Assembly: GCA_964590575.1 (NCBI GenBank)
Contig: CAZPWM010000001.1
Location: 8,832-72,831, forward strand
Length of the DNA: 64,000 nt
Direction: 5' to 3'
Source of the DNA: an uncultured archaeon
Lineage (GTDB): Archaea > Asgardarchaeota > Thorarchaeia > Thorarchaeales > Thorarchaeaceae
The position numbers were made by a program, and so were the translations under genes. A model generated the notes under the pieces. It ran no database searches and had not been told where the DNA came from. It was given only the letters and a program-made list of their open reading frames with translations. Numbering within the stretch: position 1 is the first letter of the stretch; each line of letters starts with the position of its first letter. Shown here in pieces: positions 58,001 to 64,000 of this stretch.

Positions 58001-59883
58001 AAGTCTGGGGTAAGACAACCACAACTGAAGTTGATTTAGCAGACTTTGCTGCAGGTGTGGTCAATGCAACACTGACCGTTCCTGGCAATGCGGAATACGG
58101 AGTTCATCAGGGTTCAATCACCTTCACTGATGGAGCATGGACTCACGAGATTCCATACTCATACACAGTCGAGATGGATCTGACTGGCGCTGAGGGTGCT
58201 GTAATGACCCTCGTCGATGGAGCTGGTCCTGAAGTGACCCCATACGATACTGGAACAGCGATAACCTACTTCACTCCTGGTACAACTAGTACTCAGGAAG
58301 GTGGTGGTTTCACAACGTTCCACATCGACATTCCGTACAACATTGCAATCAATGCATCAGTTCTCGTTATGAGGGCTGAGTGGATGAACGCAGGAACAGT
58401 CGTAGACATGGCTCTGAGGACTGAAACCGGTGCAGGCATCACTGCTACAGATTCTGGTGGTCTACCATTCGATCCACATCCAACAGGTGCCCTGACTAAT
58501 ACTATAATCTGGCAGCCTGGTGGTCTGATCAATGGAACCTACTGGTTTGAGTACAACATTCATGTGTTTGATGGTGCAACCGTACCGGAACCCATCACAA
58601 TCACATTCCAGTTGTATGGACCTACCTCTCTACAACCTGGTGACCCAGGCTTCACTTGGACCGCACTCGATCACGTCTCACCGACAACGATCAATCCAGA
58701 TGATGTGCTAACAGGTGACCACGTCGTGATTGAGAGCTCTTGGAGCATTCCAGTAGTGGCTGGTCTACCTGAGTATTCGACTATAACTCAAACGAGGATC
58801 TCATTTCTGCAGGGACTCTATAAGGAAATTGACGGAATCTATGCAGATCCCCAAGGATACGATGCATGGCCCGTTCCGTTGCCGAATATTGGTACCTACA
58901 ACTGGGAAACCGTTGATGGAATCAAAGCAGAGGATGTCGTTCACGTATCCATAGACTCACAAAATGCTGCTGATCCAGCAATTCAGGTCTATCCCTGGGA
59001 TGACATCAACCTCGATGGCGAGGTTGATTACGAGGACGAGCTTGGTACTAAGCTAATAGACCAAGACCAAGGTACAACTGGAAACGGTGAGAGTGGTGTC
59101 TTCACGGCTGCCGAAGATATGAGCATTGCTATTCTTGTGTTTAACTTCGCATATGTATACCAACCTGGTGTGCATTACACACTCATAGTTGACTCACAAG
59201 TTGCATTAGACATTGACAGCGAACCAGGCACTCTTGAATACACCTCGTATGAGACATACGACTTCCTGAGGAACGTCACATTCTCCGTCAAACTGTATTG
59301 TTGGACAGAGACTGATGTTGCTTGGGTACTCAATTACGGTTCATTGAGGTTCGAGAACTTCTTTGCACCAGTCGTCACTGTAAACGCAGCTGTTGACCTG
59401 GGTAACGATATGTGGAACTTCACATGGACTGCATCCGATGCCAACATGTACGATTCGTTGTACTATAGCATATGGCTCAGCTCAGATGGTGGAAACACGT
59501 TCCAGTTAGTGAGCCAGAATCTGACGGAGACGTTCTATGTGTGGGATTCAGACGGATTCCTAATCGATGACTACATGTACAAAGTTAAGGTCTACGACTG
59601 TGACCACACATATCTCGTTGGTGGTGTTCCACTAGGTACAGCCGATACGCCGCCTTCGTCATACTGGCCAGGTCTGTCAAGTGATTCCATTAGCGCTTCG
59701 TTCAACGCTGGAAATGTTCCGCCAATCACGACAACCACAACGACAACGACTACTACAACTACAACTACTACAACTACAACTGTAGTACCCCCGCCATTCG
59801 ATCCCTTGTTGATTGGACTGCTGGGTGGAATCGGTGTTGGTGTAGTGGTTCTGCTGATACTCTTCCTGATCAGGAAGAAGTAA
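55018..59883 (+). CDS. Giant subtilisin-like (S8) serine protease (1621 aa) with poly-Thr stalk and C-terminal TM anchor
   Basis: Signal peptide; VVGVVDSGVD, HGHWTAATIASAG, SAGNEGT, WSGTSLSCPIAAGVTALI; (T)18 then VVPPPFDP-TM-RKK. Confidence 0.85.
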   Translation: MNNLRKTAVLLIVGVFIFSMVLVPFTPMANVESQAAAPTNYQKDFVDKWATRLQDEMPSEKMDSVLASYIETGVLDQNVVTTRSGDIKLVLYMEPTFDASILANIAKVNWKLDLKLVTVVSVDVSSVEALKQLKTVDSIQYIQADYFLEPEPIVDLANEVEPSMFVINDMIGATGPYASGYSGTDVVVGVVDSGVDFSQEDMRNAEYNNGTYPMSYDPSSMGLTEMVIGNSTVVTNTTAWLEAGNLLTYEMGGKYYLNVTGWDPVCNMEGSARHLMGLAPPYGDGYPYGAVIGFVGLYEWAWGGNNMSEFVYNEMWKDWEIPAPVAANYTFGWAFQQKIDGYAKVFAPSMVYDGGLVIDWNGTLGWTRMWNWAIASQNPNYPQYLPTEIDLNTTVDRDLIKGMMDWSYVDDIAASYVFNKDKNILMADVDDDGTIDCGLGSLSWAYDDLGWLTVNPGLFFGITDDGMAWNALFTTDTDHGHWTAATIASAGTYGHDVYGNGTLYYLPGVAPGAKIIASKGITSGGDLAAQVWAMGFTLNETSGYWEYIGDGPEHRAHMVSNSWGWGPGGMYLQLRIYSMVYDLASVPGVLAPSYPGVLMFFSAGNEGTDYGSMGTPGGTFSVVSVGATMANHLYADTYYPYQPNYQQAFFTATGPAYAGFVKPDVMAPGFFGFSPEPSENDWLDAGDTFLYWSGTSLSCPIAAGVTALIMDAYNVNNAMMPSPQMTKNILLSSATDMGLDPLNQGHGFVNAEAACAAIETGAVAEYVFETASFKNYGEQIADSWAYWVADWSPFGDIYYNDTAIPALLDPAGLESSSLFFGTVVRGETKEVTMSIVDYAGTGAVLTDFDTVQPWYYTEASKLEFSLTGYKYNDTNFDPYILRDGYFNLFDNMTGPEQTAFLDANYATIQIAFDAADTGISARLFDWSDTSGGTELNFWNTSTSTGDYLVYVHRCNGPNLLTMRVGSAGTLADLFNYNPTLILFGADGVTVDVTIQVWGKTTTTEVDLADFAAGVVNATLTVPGNAEYGVHQGSITFTDGAWTHEIPYSYTVEMDLTGAEGAVMTLVDGAGPEVTPYDTGTAITYFTPGTTSTQEGGGFTTFHIDIPYNIAINASVLVMRAEWMNAGTVVDMALRTETGAGITATDSGGLPFDPHPTGALTNTIIWQPGGLINGTYWFEYNIHVFDGATVPEPITITFQLYGPTSLQPGDPGFTWTALDHVSPTTINPDDVLTGDHVVIESSWSIPVVAGLPEYSTITQTRISFLQGLYKEIDGIYADPQGYDAWPVPLPNIGTYNWETVDGIKAEDVVHVSIDSQNAADPAIQVYPWDDINLDGEVDYEDELGTKLIDQDQGTTGNGESGVFTAAEDMSIAILVFNFAYVYQPGVHYTLIVDSQVALDIDSEPGTLEYTSYETYDFLRNVTFSVKLYCWTETDVAWVLNYGSLRFENFFAPVVTVNAAVDLGNDMWNFTWTASDANMYDSLYYSIWLSSDGGNTFQLVSQNLTETFYVWDSDGFLIDDYMYKVKVYDCDHTYLVGGVPLGTADTPPSSYWPGLSSDSISASFNAGNVPPITTTTTTTTTTTTTTTTTTVVPPPFDPLLIGLLGGIGVGVVVLLILFLIRKK
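59728..59781 (+). repeat. (ACN)18 codon repeat encoding poly-threonine linker
   Basis: acgacaaccacaacgacaacgactactacaactacaactactacaactacaact. Confidence 0.8.
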
Positions 59884-59919
59884 GCACGTAGGATCGTTAC
59901 AAATAGTTTAACGGAATAT

Positions 59920-59953
59920 GGGGGCTTTGCCCCCATCCCCCTTTTCTTTTTTC
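59920..59953. terminator. Bidirectional terminator-like hairpin GGGGGC-TTT-GCCCCC followed by T-rich tract
   Basis: Perfect 6-bp GC stem plus TTTTCTTTTTTC between convergent genes. Confidence 0.55.
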
Positions 59954-60052
59954 ATCCTTTGAATCTGCATGACAAGTCAGAGACCGTACGATCTGTATTC
60001 CTACTCACACCTGAAAATGATAGTGCATTGTGTTGAAGAATATGGACCTAGG

Positions 60053-60586
60053 TTATTCGAATTGTTCCCTTACAACAATATCTGGGATTCTCTTTCGTGG
60101 TCGCATAGGTGGAAGTTTCCCATCGATTTTACCAACTGGTATCATTGCCACTGGTCTCATATCCACTGGAATATTGAGTGTCTTTGAAACTGCATCCTCA
60201 TCGAAAGCACCTACCCAGCAGGCGCCATAACCGTGAAGATGTGCGCCATACAAGATGTTTAAAGATAGTGCCGCAGTATCTTGAAGTGTATACAATGTTC
60301 TTCCACGCTCCTGGTATCTCTCTGCTGATTCTTCTGGAACTGCGCAAACGACATAGATTACTGGAGCGTCAGCAATGAACTTTTGGTTGAATGCTGCGTC
60401 AGCAAGTTGATTTTTCAACTCCATATTCGTTACGATGATGATTCTCCATGGCTGACAATTTCCACCGCTCGGAGCGCTGATTCCTGTCTTTACGATGTCA
60501 TCGATTATTGAATCCGGAATTGACTCACTGGTAAATTTCCTGATTGACTGTCGGGACCTTATCTTTTCTATACAATCAATACTCAA
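60053..60586 (-). CDS. Nitroreductase-family flavoprotein
   Basis: RQSIRKF, SAPSGGNCQPWR motifs typical of NfnB/FRase fold. Confidence 0.8.
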   Translation of the reverse strand: MSIDCIEKIRSRQSIRKFTSESIPDSIIDDIVKTGISAPSGGNCQPWRIIIVTNMELKNQLADAAFNQKFIADAPVIYVVCAVPEESAERYQERGRTLYTLQDTAALSLNILYGAHLHGYGACWVGAFDEDAVSKTLNIPVDMRPVAMIPVGKIDGKLPPMRPRKRIPDIVVREQFE

Positions 60587-61570
60587 TCAAAGCACCTCCG
60601 GGTTGACAATGTTTGGTGGTTTCTCATCATTGAGAGCAGCAATAATATTCTCAGCACACATCGTTGCCATTGTTGCTCTTGTGTTCCTACTGGCGCTACC
60701 TATATGCGGAACAAGAACGATATTTGGAAGTCTTAACAATGGACTATCCTTGGAGATGGGTTCTTTCTCGAACACATCAAGTCCAGCTCCTCCTAATTGC
60801 CCCGTCGATAGTGCGCGATGTAATGCATCCTGATTAACAACTTGGCCTCTTGAAGTATTGATGAGAATAGAACCTGTCTTCATCATCCTCAACTCTTTTT
60901 CATCAATCAGGTGCTGTGTTTCAGGAGTGAGGGGTACATGTATTGTGACAATATCCGACTCTCTCAGTAATATTTCAAGACTAGCTGCTCGCGCACCCAC
61001 AAGTCTTTCCAGAACAGCTATATGTCCGTTATGACTACGAGAGTGATAAAGCACTCTCATGTTGAATCCCTGTGCTCTCCTTGCAACTGCTTGTCCAATT
61101 CTCCCCATTCCGATAATTCCTATGGTCGCACCATAAATGTCCGCTCCCAGAAGAAGCTCAGGTCCCCACGCTACATTCCAGTTTCCATTTCGAACATACC
61201 GATCAGCTTCAACAATGCGTCTGGCAGTTGCCATAATAAGAGACCATGCGAGATCCGCTGTGGTCTCTGTGAGTACTCCAGGGGTGTTAGTGACAATGAT
61301 TCCTCGTCGTGTTGCTTCTTCGACGTCGATGTTATCGTACCCAACAGCATATTGAGCAATCACCTTGAGATTCGGCAGCTGATCAATCAAGTCCGAAGCA
61401 ATTGGATCTGAGAGGAGTGTGACTAGTCCTTGGCAGTTTTTCGCCTTTTCTACAATCTCCTCTCTACTAGGTGGATGTTCTGATGGCCATACGGAAACCT
61501 CGAACTTCTCTCTGAGTAGTTTCAGGCCCTCTTGAGGGATTTTTCGGGTTACAAACACTTTCTGAATCAT
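60587..61570 (-). CDS. gyaR: D-isomer-specific 2-hydroxyacid dehydrogenase, glyoxylate/hydroxypyruvate reductase (GyaR-like)
   Basis: NYAVGYDNID, GIIGMGRIGQAVARRA NAD-binding, 327 aa without ACT domain; close to archaeal GyaR pattern. Confidence 0.8.
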   Translation of the reverse strand: MIQKVFVTRKIPQEGLKLLREKFEVSVWPSEHPPSREEIVEKAKNCQGLVTLLSDPIASDLIDQLPNLKVIAQYAVGYDNIDVEEATRRGIIVTNTPGVLTETTADLAWSLIMATARRIVEADRYVRNGNWNVAWGPELLLGADIYGATIGIIGMGRIGQAVARRAQGFNMRVLYHSRSHNGHIAVLERLVGARAASLEILLRESDIVTIHVPLTPETQHLIDEKELRMMKTGSILINTSRGQVVNQDALHRALSTGQLGGAGLDVFEKEPISKDSPLLRLPNIVLVPHIGSASRNTRATMATMCAENIIAALNDEKPPNIVNPEVL

Positions 61571-61696
61571 TTTGCTCGCATTTTATTCACAAAGAGAGCT
61601 CTTGAATCCTGCTGTATGTGAGTACCTCATGGTTCATGCTGAGAACAGACGGCTTATATTTGAAAAGACAAATTATGAATATCATAGGATTGTGAG

Positions 61697-62005
61697 TTGC
61701 AGATGTCCTTGGATCTTCCAAACAGTGCGATATTAGTCCTCGGTAGTTTAGCTGCTGAGGGGCCGATGACTCCGAAGACCATCATCGAAAAAGTAGGACT
61801 CGCACCGCGCACGATTTCATTTGCTCTTAGAACTTTAATCAGGGAACAAGTTATCCGGAAGACACCTAACCTCGCTGATATGCGACAGCCAATCTATCAT
61901 GTTGATATGGAGCGTTACAAAGAATTACAACTTCGATTTAATTCGGGTCAACTCTCACAGATGCCCTCTACTTTCAGATCTTCTGGTCATTCTTTCAATC
62001 GTTAG
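61697..62005 (+). CDS. Small winged-helix DNA-binding protein (paralog A)
   Basis: LAPRTISFALRTL ... NLADMRQPIYHVDM. Confidence 0.55.
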   Translation: MQMSLDLPNSAILVLGSLAAEGPMTPKTIIEKVGLAPRTISFALRTLIREQVIRKTPNLADMRQPIYHVDMERYKELQLRFNSGQLSQMPSTFRSSGHSFNR

Positions 62006-62150
62006 TACAAATCCCCTCTATTGGCCTTTCAAAATTGGGTAGATACGCTTATTTGTGGAAGACTGCTATAAACCGTTGGTTTATTAATTCTAATGTGTTT
62101 TAGTAAATGGGAACAGAAAGACCAAACTCTCAGGGGATGGTATAGACCGT

Positions 62151-62417
62151 ATGTCTATCGAACTACCACGTAGTGCAATAATCGTCTTAGACCGTCTAAC
62201 CAATGAAGGTCCATTGACGCCAAAGGACATTAGCAGTAGGGTTGATCTTGCACCTCGAACCGTGAGTTTTGCTCTAAGAAAATTAATGGGTCAGAAACTA
62301 TGTAGGAGGATTCCCAACCTCACTGATATGCGACAACCCTTATACGTGGCTGACATGGATCGTGCAAGGGAACTTAGGATGAGGTTTGAACATGTCTTTA
62401 GGCAAGTTCTTGTGTGA
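62151..62417 (+). CDS. Small winged-helix DNA-binding protein (paralog B)
   Basis: LAPRTVSFALRKL ... NLTDMRQPLYVADM; ~45% identical to paralog A. Confidence 0.55.
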   Translation: MSIELPRSAIIVLDRLTNEGPLTPKDISSRVDLAPRTVSFALRKLMGQKLCRRIPNLTDMRQPLYVADMDRARELRMRFEHVFRQVLV

Positions 62418-62552
62418 GTACCTTTTACTCTCCGCATATCCTTCCTTCACAACAGGCATTATCCTATAAATTACAATCTTCAGGATTTTCTAGAGATACA
62501 ATACGATTACGTTAATAACCGTACTTGGTTTCGCAGATTCAGGTGAATACAT

Positions 62553-62738
62553 ATGGCTCACGAAGGACTAGCAGCGTTCATGGTCATGCTTGGGGTGCTC
62601 CTTCTCCTTGCGTTTTATCTCGGACCGCGGAATGAAGCACGATTGAGAAAACGACAAGAAGCCATGATCATGCTTGTTCCATCTGCATTTTTACTCTTCA
62701 TTCTTGCAGCAGTTGTATTCAGTGGAATTTTAGGTTGA
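62553..62738 (+). CDS. Small hydrophobic protein (2 TM)
   Basis: 61 aa, two hydrophobic helices; weak. Confidence 0.3.
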   Translation: MAHEGLAAFMVMLGVLLLLAFYLGPRNEARLRKRQEAMIMLVPSAFLLFILAAVVFSGILG

Positions 62739-63782
62739 ATCTTGTGGAAAGTCAAGTGCCACAAGTTTACAAAAAATTCCTGCAGACACAAGGTCAGCTG
62801 TAGTTCCTGGATTTAGGAGATTACCCTCTCTCCGTAATTCTCCATCAAGAGTTTTCATGAGCTCTAGAGGTCCCGTTTCTTGATTCCACGCCTTCATTGT
62901 TTTCTCAGCTAACGCACGGACTTCTTCTGCTCTCTTTGTTCCAGCTTTCTTTGCGATGAGACCATCGGGTCGTTGTGATAGTAGCCAGACAAATGTTTGA
63001 ACAATCCCCTCCTCCAAGTTCTCAAGGCTATCTGCTACTTTATCGAGATATGGAAAGACCCGCGATAGTGTTAGTTCGAAGTTGTTTGCCCACTCACCAC
63101 TAATTTCATCAACATCTGCTGACATTTTAAAAAGACCCTGCAGAGTTAGTTTATCATCAAGAATATTGGATAATACAAGTTGATTGTCAATATCATATCT
63201 ACTGTGATTTTCTGTCCAACTTGCTGATTCCTCGACTTTCGGATTTGTTGTTCTGATAAGATGAAATGTTTTGTAGAGGTTCAAAGTGTCGTCAACTGAA
63301 GTATTCTCAGTAATTTCCTTCAACCATTTCAAAATACTCCCTGTTGAGTAACTCTCATCATGAGTTACTGCTGCAGCACTGGCTACGACAAGTGGAATAT
63401 AGAGGAGGATGGTCCCAAGAATGGTATTTCGTTTGTTGATCCCTGTAAATGTGTCTTGGGCACTCAGATGGATCAGCTCTCCGATATTGATCTCAGAGGA
63501 GCTCAGTTTTCCCTCTGCTAATGCCACTCCCCTAGACGCACTCGTGTAAAGACCTCTTGCCATTAATGAAGCACTCGCAAGGAAATGTCTATAGTCCGTA
63601 TCTGAGAATCCAAAGTGTCTGTTGACATTTCCTGGCTTTGGCGAGCTAGCTTCCAGAAGAATTGATAGCTGACCAATGCTGGATAGTCTCCAAGAAGTCC
63701 TTTTCATTAGGTTTTTTCGGGTGTCAGCATCCGTTTTAGACATTCGCATTGTTAAGCTCAGAAAGTGTAAAAAGGAATACAA
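62730..63782 (-). CDS. Triphosphoribosyl-dephospho-CoA synthase (CitG/MdcB)-family protein, tentative
   Basis: C-terminal NPGTTADLVSAGIF resembles CitG NPGTSADL region; 350 aa. Confidence 0.45.
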   Translation of the reverse strand: MYSFLHFLSLTMRMSKTDADTRKNLMKRTSWRLSSIGQLSILLEASSPKPGNVNRHFGFSDTDYRHFLASASLMARGLYTSASRGVALAEGKLSSSEINIGELIHLSAQDTFTGINKRNTILGTILLYIPLVVASAAAVTHDESYSTGSILKWLKEITENTSVDDTLNLYKTFHLIRTTNPKVEESASWTENHSRYDIDNQLVLSNILDDKLTLQGLFKMSADVDEISGEWANNFELTLSRVFPYLDKVADSLENLEEGIVQTFVWLLSQRPDGLIAKKAGTKRAEEVRALAEKTMKAWNQETGPLELMKTLDGELRREGNLLNPGTTADLVSAGIFCKLVALDFPQDST

Positions 63783-64000
63783 TCTGAATCTCGCACATGT
63801 CGAAGGTGTTTTTACCAGCGCGCTTGACTTTCTCTCAAGTTGGAATTTTTATTTCGATTCTATCATATCTTGTAGTTCGAGGCTTTTTTGTTATCTTGAG
63901 GATTGGAGGGGTACTATGGAGTCAAGCAGGTGGATACCTTGCAATTGCGTTGCCACTCAGTCCTGTCATTATTTTGGGTTTCGCTGCATGTGTCATATCC

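Noticed and set aside
59728-59781. (ACN)18 nucleotide repeat as a possible mobile or noncoding microsatellite
   Set aside because: It is in-frame inside the giant protease gene and encodes a poly-Thr stalk. Analogous Thr-rich linkers occur in the paralogous proteases.
60587-61570. Annotation as SerA (D-3-phosphoglycerate dehydrogenase) completing a serine pathway with serC
   Set aside because: The protein is 327 aa with no C-terminal ACT/ASB domain. Its N-terminal and NAD-binding regions closely follow archaeal glyoxylate reductase (GyaR). It is also 23 kb from serC.
1-64000. Mobile genetic elements, prophage or integron features
   Set aside because: The window has no transposase, integrase, recombinase, phage structural or plasmid replication genes. 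It has no long inverted or direct terminal repeats and no tRNA that could serve as an integration site.

Overview
This 64 kb window appears to be an archaeal chromosomal segment that is moderately AT-rich and densely coding. I assign it to an archaeon because it encodes an RFC small subunit, an XPB/ERCC3-type helicase very similar to the eukaryotic enzyme, two tandem RIO kinases and a GTPBP1-like EF-Tu-family GTPase. It also shows AT-rich TATA-like elements about 25 nt upstream of the start codon (leaderless-style promoters) and several TTG starts. I could not place it more precisely than an uncultivated archaeon.

Housekeeping and metabolic genes:
- malic enzyme
- two tandem Bcp peroxiredoxins
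- SerC immediately followed by a DUF1015 (ADGHHR-motif) gene
- GyaR-type glyoxylate reductase next to a nitroreductase
- a PLP fold-type III D-serine dehydratase/alanine racemase-like enzyme
- Ogt/MGMT, a ClC chloride channel and UspA
- a partial HdrD/GlcF-like Fe-S protein at the 5' edge

Features that stand out:
1. An RRE-radical SAM-SPASM maturase (21857..23290) is transcribed divergently from a two- or three-gene unit. That unit includes a 709-aa signal-anchored protein whose C-terminus is a tandem (Cys-His-Ser-Ala)n repeat, translationally coupled to a metallophosphoesterase.
2. A five-gene operon of uncharacterised membrane proteins (4178..8394) contains three tandem paralogs.
3. Four very large S8 subtilisin-like surface proteases lie within 27 kb. 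Each has a Thr/Pro-rich stalk and a C-terminal transmembrane anchor, and one of them is frameshifted.
4. An FAD-dependent oxidoreductase has its GxGxxG Rossmann motif encoded upstream of the first ATG, with no canonical start codon.
5. An Elf1/TFS-like zinc-ribbon protein is present.
6. A 570-bp stretch has no credible ORF.
7. There are several pairs of small paralogous proteins of unknown function.

I found no tRNA or rRNA genes, CRISPR arrays, transposases or integrases.
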